NCBI GenBank assembly: GCA_026388655.1
Contig: JAPLJI010000004.1
Span: 1,543-65,542 of the forward strand
Direction of reading: 5' to 3'
Source of the DNA: Pseudomonadota bacterium
GTDB lineage: Bacteria > Desulfobacterota > JAPLJL01
DNA: 64,000 nucleotides
Program-made: the position numbers and the translations under genes
Part shown: positions 1-6,829 of the stretch, in pieces
How positions within the stretch are numbered: the first letter of the stretch is position 1
How the letters are laid out: each line of letters opens with the position of its first letter
Notes under the pieces: model-generated
Databases searched by the model: none
Told to the model about the DNA's origin: nothing
The model's input: only the letters and a program-made list of their open reading frames with translations

Positions 1-353
1 AGAAGATCGGCCGCGAGGTCATCCCCTGCAAGAACGGCGCGGAATTCATCTCCAACGCCACCCGCCGCATGCGGGAAAAGCAGCCGGTCAACCTGGGGAT
101 CCTGGACGTGGAGATGCCGATTATTAACGGAATTCAAGCGGCGGTTTCTCTCCGGGAGATTGAAAAGGGATTAAGCGCCAAGAAAAAAATCCCCCTCCTC
201 TTTTTCACGGTGAGGAAATGTGACGATGAATTCAAGAAATTCCTGAAATCCTTCGAGCCTTCCAGTTACGTGAATAAAGGCGCGAGCGATTCCCCGGAAG
301 AACTGGCCAACCGGGCCTACCGAGTAATCTCCAGGCTTCTCTCCAGCGTCTAG
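1..353 (+). CDS. Response regulator receiver domain protein, 5'-truncated by the window edge (C-terminal part only)
   Basis: Open frame runs from the window start to a stop at 353. The translation contains a CheY-like receiver motif (ILDVEMPIINGIQAA). Confidence 0.55.
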   Translation, partial: KIGREVIPCKNGAEFISNATRRMREKQPVNLGILDVEMPIINGIQAAVSLREIEKGLSAKKKIPLLFFTVRKCDDEFKKFLKSFEPSSYVNKGASDSPEELANRAYRVISRLLSSV

Positions 354-358
354 CGCTC

Positions 359-1174
359 TTATTCCTTGTGTTTAAGGGATTGACTGAACATGCCCTTGGC
401 CACCTGCCGGAAGAGCGCGGGGGAAAACCTCTTGATGTTATAACAAATCTTAGCAAAGGCGGTAATCACCAGGACCGCCTGGTTCCGCTTGACCCCCCGG
501 ATGATCAGCAGGGACGCTTTTTCCGGAGTCATTTTCATGAAAACCGGCGGCTTGGTAACTTCCTTCTTGAATCCCTTCACCCGGGTGGAATCAAAGATGT
601 TGGTCCGGATCACGGCCGGGCAGACGACGGTTACCCCGATCCCGAACCGCTCCACCTCGGTGCGCAGGACCTCGGTCAGGCCGACCAGGCCGAATTTGCT
701 GGCGGTATAAGCGCCGCTGGCCGGCAAACCGGTCAACCCCGCCCCGGAGGACACGTTCACGATGTGCCCCGACCCCCGCTCCACCATGTGGGGGAGCAGA
801 TAATACAGGGTGTGGACCGAACCCCAGAAATTTACCCCCATGACCCAATCCCAATCTTCCAGGGACATGTCCTTGAGTTCGCAGCCCAGGCCCACCCCGG
901 CGTTGTTCATTAAAATGTCCACCCTTCCGAATTCCTTTAACGCGGTCTGGCAGAGTTTCTCGACATCATCCCGCTTGGAGACATCCGTCATCACGGTCAG
1001 GGCTTTCCGTCCCATCGCGCGAATCTTATCGGCGGTGGCATTTAAGCCCTTGGCATTGGCCCGAGTGGCAAGCACCAGGTCGCACCCTTCCCGCGCAAAC
1101 GCCAGGGAGGTAGCCTCGCCAATTCCGGTGGCCGCCCCGGTCACCAGCGCAATTTTGTTTTTTAAATCTTTCAC
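359..1174 (-). CDS. Short-chain dehydrogenase/reductase (SDR) family oxidoreductase
   Basis: 271-aa ORF with an N-terminal TGAATGIG Rossmann motif, an NNAG motif and a catalytic YTASK (YxxxK) motif. Confidence 0.85.
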   Translation of the reverse strand: MKDLKNKIALVTGAATGIGEATSLAFAREGCDLVLATRANAKGLNATADKIRAMGRKALTVMTDVSKRDDVEKLCQTALKEFGRVDILMNNAGVGLGCELKDMSLEDWDWVMGVNFWGSVHTLYYLLPHMVERGSGHIVNVSSGAGLTGLPASGAYTASKFGLVGLTEVLRTEVERFGIGVTVVCPAVIRTNIFDSTRVKGFKKEVTKPPVFMKMTPEKASLLIIRGVKRNQAVLVITAFAKICYNIKRFSPALFRQVAKGMFSQSLKHKE

Positions 1175-1366
1175 GTTCTCCCCCTTTCTAAAATTCTTTC
1201 CGGGTTTTCTTTAATAATTTCCCCTAAAATATAATTATTTAAATGAATAAGTCAAAACTATTTAGGTTAAGCACAAAGTTCAAAGCTCAAATGCCCCTTT
1301 TCCAAACCAGAAACTCGAAACCAGAAACCAGAAACCCTTTGGCATTCAAATAAGGAGGATAACCTG

Positions 1367-1894
1367 ATGGCCATCTATGAATTTGAAGGGAAAAAGCCCA
1401 GGCTGGAGGAAGGCGTATACATTCACCCCTCCGCCAGCGTGATCGGGGACGTCATCATCGGGAAAAATTGTTTCGTCGGGCCCGGGGCCGTGCTCCGGGG
1501 TGATTTCGGCGGGATCCGGATCGGGGATGGAACCTGTGTCCAGGATAACGCGGTAGTCCATGCCGATCCGGAATTCACCGCCTCCTTCGGCCGGGGCTGC
1601 CATATCGCCCACGGGGCGGTCGTCCATCATTCCGAGATCGGGGATAATGTCCTGATCGGAATCGGGGCCATCATCCTTCCCCAATGCCGGATCGGGGACG
1701 ACGTGCTGATCGCCGCCGGCACCCTGCTCACGCCTAACACCCGGATTCCTTCCGGGAAGATGGTGATGGGAAGGCCGGGTAAGGTCACCCGGGACCTTCA
1801 GCCGGAAATGATCGATTTTATCAAGCTGGGCAACCTGGCTTATCAGGAACTCTCCGGCCGTTACCGTTCCGGGCTTAAGCTTATCAGCCTGTGA
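1367..1894 (+). CDS. Hexapeptide-repeat (left-handed beta-helix) protein, gamma-carbonic anhydrase-like CaiE/PaaY family
   Basis: 175-aa ORF with repeated hexapeptide [LIV]G-x-x-x-x pattern and His ligands typical of gamma-CA/PaaY. An AAGGAGG RBS lies 7 nt upstream of the ATG. Confidence 0.8.
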   Translation: MAIYEFEGKKPRLEEGVYIHPSASVIGDVIIGKNCFVGPGAVLRGDFGGIRIGDGTCVQDNAVVHADPEFTASFGRGCHIAHGAVVHHSEIGDNVLIGIGAIILPQCRIGDDVLIAAGTLLTPNTRIPSGKMVMGRPGKVTRDLQPEMIDFIKLGNLAYQELSGRYRSGLKLISL

Positions 1895-2054
1895 CCTTCC
1901 CCCGGACGGGATCGTTCCGGCCTTTTGAGAAAATAGTGATCGGGGCTTGGGCGCCTTCGATTACCCCAGCGAGGAATGTCAAGAACGGAATCGATCAGAT
2001 CTTGGTTATTTCTCGGGGTTTAAAACTCACAGGAAATCCGGTCCAGGGTTTTAA

Positions 2055-2402
2055 TTACCCTTTCAAAATCCTGCGGATCACATCATACAGGAGTCTGACC
2101 TTGGTTTCATCCTTGGCAAAGAGAAGACGATTAACCCGTTCGCGGTAATCCAGGTGTTTCCGGCCTTTTTTCTTTTCCACCGGATCCTGGACTTCAAAAT
2201 CCATGAGTTTGTTGATCGGCACCTGCAAGCTGCCGGCCAAAACCGCGATGGCCGGCAATGAGGGTGACCGCTTCCCCGCTTCCAAGAGGGCGATATAGTT
2301 GGCGCTCAGGTTGGTGAGCTGAGCCAGTTCCCTCTGACTTAAGCCGGTTTCCGTCCGTAAAGATTTGAGCCGCCGTCCGAATTTGAGATAAAGATCTTCC
2401 AA
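2055..2402 (-). CDS. XRE-family helix-turn-helix transcriptional regulator
   Basis: 115-aa ORF with the HTH_XRE signature (GLSQRELAQLTNLSANYIALLEAGKRSPSL). Confidence 0.75.
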   Translation of the reverse strand: MEDLYLKFGRRLKSLRTETGLSQRELAQLTNLSANYIALLEAGKRSPSLPAIAVLAGSLQVPINKLMDFEVQDPVEKKKGRKHLDYRERVNRLLFAKDETKVRLLYDVIRRILKG

Positions 2403-2561
2403 AATGACCCTCCTTCCGATTTCCGGGAATTATCATAAAAAGGGGGGGAAAAAGAAGTAAGGAAAACGCCGTAGTTTAGGAAAAATACAACTTTAATGTT
2501 AACTGATCGTGATGAAATTTTCCCTTGCGTCGCGGGCTTTTGGTTAGGGGCGGGCTCGGCT

Positions 2562-3869
2562 TCATTCCCCGCTGGTGATTCCCTCCTTAGCTTTTTCCGC
2601 CGGCGTTTCCGTGGGTGGGATGACCCGGATTCGGACGATCCTGATCCCGGAGACATCCACCGCTTCGAGCTGGTGGTTGCCGACGCTGACCAGATCGCCA
2701 TTGTGCGCGGTCCGACCCAGTAGATTGATGAACAATCCCCCGATGGTCTGCCCCTTCCCTATCTGCGGGTGCTGCAGGCTCTGACCGGTCTGCCGGTTAA
2801 AATCCACCACCTTCATCCTGGCCAGAACCAGGTAATGCCCATCCGGCTCCTTCTGAATCGCCTCCAGTTCTTCCTGGTCAAACTCATCCCGGATCTCGCC
2901 CACGATCTCCTCCAGGATGTCTTCCGCGGTCACCAACCCGACGGTGGCCCCGAATTCATCCTTCACGATCGCCATGTGGGAAAAGCTGATCTGCATTTCC
3001 CGGAGAAGCTCGAGCGTCTTCTTCCCGGCCGGGACCCGCAGCACCGGGCGGATGATGTCCCGGTGGGTTCCCTTCAAAACCCCCCGGGAGATCGCGATCA
3101 CATCCTTCAGGTGAACCACACCCACGACATGATCGAGATCCCCCCGGTAAACCGGAACTCGGGTATACCTGTCCTCCACCATCTGGCTTAAAACCTGTTC
3201 CGGACCGGCATCCTCCGAAACCGCGAAAATTTCCGCCCGCGGCACCATCACCTCCGCCACGGTGGTCTTGGAGGCCTGGAGCGCGGCGCCCACGATGACC
3301 GCCGGGTATTTTTCGATCGAGCCGGTCCGGGCCCCCACCCGCACCAGGCGGAGGATCTCCTCTTCGCTGACCGCTTGCTCCAGGGCCTCCCGTCCCCCCA
3401 GAATCTTGATCAAAGGCGCGGTGATCAATTCCAGAAACTTGCTGAGGGGCCAGAGCAAACCTTGAATCGCGTACAGGGGAAGCGCAACCAGGCTGGAATA
3501 CCTTTCCGGGTTGTTCGCGGCCAGGGTTTTCGGGATGATTTCACAGAAAATCAGGATGACCGCGGTCATGATTCCGGTGGCCGCCAGCACCCCCAGTTTC
3601 TCTCCCCAGATGCCGACAAACAAGGATGCCGCCACGGCGCTGGCCGCGATATTCGCGAGGTTGTTTCCAATCAGAATCGAGGAAAGAAACCGGGAGGTGG
3701 AAGAAAGGATATGGCGGATCACCACCGCGGTGGCCTGGCCCGCCCCGGCTTTCGACTCCACCGCCGCCAGTCGCAGGCGTAAAAGCGCGGTCTCGCTCAT
3801 AGCAAAAAATGCCGAGAATAATAGACAAATAAAAATTATCAGGATTTCATTCATGTAACTCATGCTCAC
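2562..3869 (-). CDS. CNNM/CorC/HlyC-family membrane protein (DUF21 transmembrane region, CBS pair, CorC_HlyC C-terminal domain)
   Basis: 435-aa ORF with an N-terminal hydrophobic DUF21-like region (SAFFAMSETAL), central CBS-type domains and a transporter-associated C-terminal domain. Confidence 0.85.
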   Translation of the reverse strand: MSMSYMNEILIIFICLLFSAFFAMSETALLRLRLAAVESKAGAGQATAVVIRHILSSTSRFLSSILIGNNLANIAASAVAASLFVGIWGEKLGVLAATGIMTAVILIFCEIIPKTLAANNPERYSSLVALPLYAIQGLLWPLSKFLELITAPLIKILGGREALEQAVSEEEILRLVRVGARTGSIEKYPAVIVGAALQASKTTVAEVMVPRAEIFAVSEDAGPEQVLSQMVEDRYTRVPVYRGDLDHVVGVVHLKDVIAISRGVLKGTHRDIIRPVLRVPAGKKTLELLREMQISFSHMAIVKDEFGATVGLVTAEDILEEIVGEIRDEFDQEELEAIQKEPDGHYLVLARMKVVDFNRQTGQSLQHPQIGKGQTIGGLFINLLGRTAHNGDLVSVGNHQLEAVDVSGIRIVRIRVIPPTETPAEKAKEGITSGE

Positions 3870-3924
3870 CTCCGGATCTATTCAAACTTCATGATTATCC
3901 AACCATTGGGGAAAACCAGTTGGT

Positions 3925-3961
3925 TAAGATAAAATAAAGAACCCCGGTTAATCCCGGGGTT
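3925..3961 (-). terminator. Putative intrinsic terminator after ridA (hairpin aaccccgg-ttaatc-ccggggtt followed by a T-rich tract on the minus strand)
   Basis: Perfect 8-bp inverted repeat at 3940-3961 overlapping the ridA stop. On the minus strand it is followed by cttTATTTTATc. Confidence 0.4.
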
Positions 3962-4427
3962 CGACTTCCACGATCAGGTCCAGTTCCACCGCGGCCCCGC
4001 CGGGGAGCTCGGCCACCCCCACCGAAACCCGGGAGTGCCGCCCGGCCTCGCCAAACACTGCCAGCAGGATATTGCTGGCCCCGTCTGCCACCTGCGCCTG
4101 TTCTGTGAATCCCAGGGCCGAATTAACATAGCAGTTCAGGCGGATAATTTTCTTTACCGCGGCCAGGTTTTTGATCTCGCTTTTAATCGCCGCCAATCCG
4201 TTTAAAAGCGCCAGGCGGGCCGCCTCCTGTCCATCCTTGAGATTGAGTTCCTGCCCCAGTTTCCCGACCGAAACCAGCCTTCCTTCCAGCCGGGGAAGCA
4301 TCCCGCTGACAAAAACTAGATTCCCCACCCGCACCACGGGTAGATAGGCCCCCAGGGGGCGGGGAGGGTCAGGCAGTCTTAACCCCAGTTCGGTGATCCG
4401 GTCTTCAATTTGGAGATCTTTAATCAT
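3948..4427 (-). CDS. ridA: RidA/YjgF/TdcF-family reactive-intermediate (enamine/imine) deaminase
   Basis: 159-aa ORF with the C-terminal motif AAVELDLIVEV and overall YjgF-family similarity. Confidence 0.8.
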   Translation of the reverse strand: MIKDLQIEDRITELGLRLPDPPRPLGAYLPVVRVGNLVFVSGMLPRLEGRLVSVGKLGQELNLKDGQEAARLALLNGLAAIKSEIKNLAAVKKIIRLNCYVNSALGFTEQAQVADGASNILLAVFGEAGRHSRVSVGVAELPGGAAVELDLIVEVEPRD

Positions 4428-4469
4428 AAATCAAGGTCAGCTCTTTCCAGAACGTTTAGCATTTATTAT

Positions 4470-4560
4470 GTAGTTGCCCGATTTATTTATCCCGACATCG
4501 GGAGGGATCGGGCTCTGAAGGATTTTTTTCAGACCGAGCCTCATAAATGAGGCAACTACA
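4470..4560. repeat. REP-like palindromic elements in inverted pair (gtagttgcccgatttatttatcccgac ... gaggcaactac)
   Basis: GTAG-initiated palindromic units with a CCGATTnATCGG core. The same family recurs at 5044-5130, 5591-5638, 14004-14099, 25311-25409, 46340-46370 and 51927-51981. Confidence 0.7.
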
Positions 4561-4868
4561 AATTCATTATCCAGATCCGAAATCCCCGTCATTTCGCTAC
4601 GGGAATGACTGATGAGGAAACATTTAAGACCACATGCATTATTCATTATAATAGCAATCAGAATGGGATGGGAATCGGCCATGACCAAGACAATAATATT
4701 TTATTCTTTTTTTATTACCCCTTTATCTAAATCTTCTCCCCTGCGGGGAGAGGGAAGGGTGAGGGGGAAAAATCAAGAGGCAGGGTGCGGGCCTTCTGGT
4801 CTCTGGAAGGCGCCCTCCCGGGCCTCCCGGCCCGGGACTCCGGCCTTCGAGCAAAATCCAGAGGCTTA

Positions 4869-4984
4869 ACGAACGCAACGAAACCCGTTGTTGTTGTTCT
4901 GGTTCGTCGGGTTGTTGTTGTTCCGATTGGATGCGCGCAGGTTGTTGGTGTTGTTGTTCCAGCTCCCGCCGCGCAAGACCCGGT
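4869..4984 (-). other. DGR-type template repeat (TR): AAC-codon-rich 116-nt copy of the 3' end of the FGE-domain gene
   Basis: Minus-strand translation ...YNRVLRGGSWNNNTNNLRASNRNNNNPTNQNNNNGFRCVR* parallels the C-terminus of the 5683-6726 protein. It differs from 5686-5801 only at TR adenines, at about 17 sites. It has no upstream start codon and no ORF context. Confidence 0.8.
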
Positions 4985-5043
4985 TGTATCCGGGCCCGCC
5001 CCCTTTCAATCATGACCGTCATTCCTAGATTGACCGTTGTTTC

Positions 5044-5130
5044 GTAGTCCGCCGATTTATCGGCACCGTAGTCCGCCGATTTATTTATCCCGATTTCAGA
5101 GGGACCTGTCCCGTCCCTGGCGGGATCGGC
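5044..5130. repeat. REP cluster (gtagtccgccgatttatcggcaccgtagtccgccgatttatttatcccga...) flanking the 3' side of the RAYT gene
   Basis: Tandem GTAG-REP units of the same family as 4470-4560. Confidence 0.7.
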
Positions 5131-5545
5131 ATTCATTTTTATAAAAATCCTCAAACTCGATCTTCTCCACCAACGGGTTATTCTGAACATACTCCCGAAT
5201 CCGACGGAGGGCTTCTTCATTCCTGATCACATGCTCATAATAATTCGGCTGCCACAATTTCCTCCCCGCCTTCTTGCTCGTTTTTGCCTTGAATCTTCTC
5301 ACCACTTCACCCAATTTCAACCCGCATCCGGTTAAAACCAATATCAGGTGAAGGTGATCGGCCATTAAAACATGGAAATCCAGCCCGATACCCTTGATTG
5401 CCGGCAAATCCCGGATCTCTTCCTCAATCAATTTCAAATCATCCGCTGAAAATCCGGCGCGGTCATTGGAAGCTATGGTTACGAAGTAGTGGCCATCGGC
5501 TGAATAGTCGTAATTCTTCAGCCGAATATTTTTTAGGCCTTTCAT
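5096..5545 (-). CDS. REP-associated tyrosine transposase (RAYT; IS200/IS605-like Y1 HUH transposase)
   Basis: 149-aa ORF. The HUH motif HLHLIL and catalytic-Tyr region WQPNYYEHVIRNE align with E. coli RAYT (HMHCIW / WQPRFWEHAIRN). It is flanked on both sides by GTAG-type REPs. Confidence 0.85.
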   Translation of the reverse strand: MKGLKNIRLKNYDYSADGHYFVTIASNDRAGFSADDLKLIEEEIRDLPAIKGIGLDFHVLMADHLHLILVLTGCGLKLGEVVRRFKAKTSKKAGRKLWQPNYYEHVIRNEEALRRIREYVQNNPLVEKIEFEDFYKNECRSRQGRDRSL

Positions 5546-5590
5546 TTTTCGTTATTCAAAACCGCCGATCCCGCCCAGTGACGGGACACG

Positions 5591-5638
5591 TAAATCGGCG
5601 AACTACAAAAACAAATGCCCCATAAATGGGGCAACTAC
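5591..5638. repeat. REP units (taaatcggcgaactac ... ggggcaactac) flanking the 5' side of the RAYT gene
   Basis: Same REP family, lying between the RAYT gene and the VR/stop of the FGE-domain gene. Confidence 0.65.
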
Positions 5639-5682
5639 ATTTTCCCAAATTCCAAACTCCAAAATTCCAAAACTATTTAGAC

Positions 5683-6726
5683 CTAACGAACGCAACGAAA
5701 CCCGTAGCTGCCGTTCTGGTTCGTCGGGTTGTAGTAGCCCCGAAAGGATGCGCGCAGGTAGACGGTGACGTTGTCCCAGCACCCGCCGCGCAAGACCCGG
5801 TATGACCCCGAAGAAGGCCCCTGCGGATCCTGCGTCGGGCTGGTTGAGTAATACGCCGAATCATACCAGTCATTCACCCACTCCCAAACATTCCCGGCCA
5901 TGTCATAAAGGCCATATCCATTCGGGGCAAAGCTCCCCATCGCGATCGTATCATCCGGAGAACATGAATCATACTGCGACCCGTTATTCGCCCCCAAGGT
6001 ACAGGTGGGCGAATCATCCCCCCACGGATACCTCTTGCCCGCCAATCCTCCCCGCGCCGCATACTCCCACTCCGCCTCCGTCGGCAGTCTCCCTCCCGTC
6101 CATTGGCAAAATGCCTTCGACTGGCTCCAATCCACATAGATCACCGGGTAATTGTCGTAGATTGCATTTCCATAATATGAAGAGCGGGTATAGGAAGAAC
6201 TGCTTCCCGGGGCGGTGCAGGACCCCGCATCCACGCAGGCCTTGTATTGGGCGTTGGTCACTTCATAAACATTCATCTGGAAAGCCGAGATGCAGACATT
6301 ATGAACCGGTCGTTCTTCTGATCCGCCCTCATAGAAGGCATCGCCCATGTTGAAACAGCCGGCAGGGATGATGGAGGTCATTTGGCTCACGCCCTCAACG
6401 CACTGACCCGCCGAGCAGTAATATCCCGTTCCACACGCCGTCACCGTCCCCCACTCCCAACACGGATCCGCATCGGTATTTCCGCAGGTCTGATATCCGC
6501 TCCCCGAACACTGCTTCGCCCCATTGGTTGAACATTCATTGGTGCATCCATAACAAGTTTCCGTGTTATAGCCCGACCCATTCTGGTCGCAGGGGTTGTT
6601 GAAATCGTAGCCGCAAGCCAAAAATAGCATAGGGCAAAGGGCAAGGAGCAAGGCGGGAAAAACGAAAGAAAATAATGAACGACGAAAAGAAAGCAATGAG
6701 TGTAAAACAAAGGGAAATTTTTTCAT
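5683..6726 (-). CDS. Secreted formylglycine-generating-enzyme (FGE/sulfatase-modifying factor, C-type lectin fold) domain protein with a Cys-rich N-terminal domain; putative DGR target
   Basis: Start reassigned to ATG at 6726 (MKKFPF..., signal peptide, RBS AAGGGGAGGGGAG). It carries the FGE signature RLPTEAEWEYAARGG and GNVWEWV, and its C-terminal 39 codons form the variable repeat. Confidence 0.85.
   Translation of the reverse strand: MKKFPFVLHSLLSFRRSLFSFVFPALLLALCPMLFLACGYDFNNPCDQNGSGYNTETCYGCTNECSTNGAKQCSGSGYQTCGNTDADPCWEWGTVTACGTGYYCSAGQCVEGVSQMTSIIPAGCFNMGDAFYEGGSEERPVHNVCISAFQMNVYEVTNAQYKACVDAGSCTAPGSSSSYTRSSYYGNAIYDNYPVIYVDWSQSKAFCQWTGGRLPTEAEWEYAARGGLAGKRYPWGDDSPTCTLGANNGSQYDSCSPDDTIAMGSFAPNGYGLYDMAGNVWEWVNDWYDSAYYSTSPTQDPQGPSSGSYRVLRGGCWDNVTVYLRASFRGYYNPTNQNGSYGFRCVR
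5686..5801 (-). other. DGR-type variable repeat (VR) at the 3' end of the FGE-domain gene
   Basis: 116 nt matching 4869-4984 with mismatches only opposite TR adenines. TR AAC codons become TAC, GAC, GTC, TTC, GGC and AGC codons in the VR. Confidence 0.8.
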
Positions 6727-6829
6727 CGCCAAGCTCCCCTCCCCTTGAGATGATCCTCCGATTGCAACGGTCTCTTTAAATTCAGGTCGCTCATTTTCCA
6801 ATTCATCCATTAATTACCTACACAATTTT

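Noticed and set aside
368-913. 181-aa ORF and neighbouring small ORFs antisense to the SDR gene
   Set aside because: Proline- and arginine-rich translation typical of the reverse strand of a GC-rich CDS. The SDR call on the minus strand has clear catalytic motifs.
2055-2402. XRE regulator as the antitoxin of a toxin-antitoxin pair
   Set aside because: No small partner ORF with toxin features is adjacent, and the flanking ORFs 1891-2148 and 2194-2436 look non-coding. A stand-alone regulator is more likely.
4723-5220. 165-aa ORF overlapping the AAC-rich TR region, and the 76-aa ORF 4785-5015 on the other strand
   Set aside because: They lie in the wrong frame relative to the conserved FGE-like reading frame. 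They have low-complexity composition and span REP elements. The TR is an RNA template, not a gene.
5802-6353. 183-aa His/Pro-rich ORF and the 87-aa ORF 5874-6137
   Set aside because: Both are antisense or alternate-frame translations within the FGE-domain gene, which has strong domain signatures on the minus strand.
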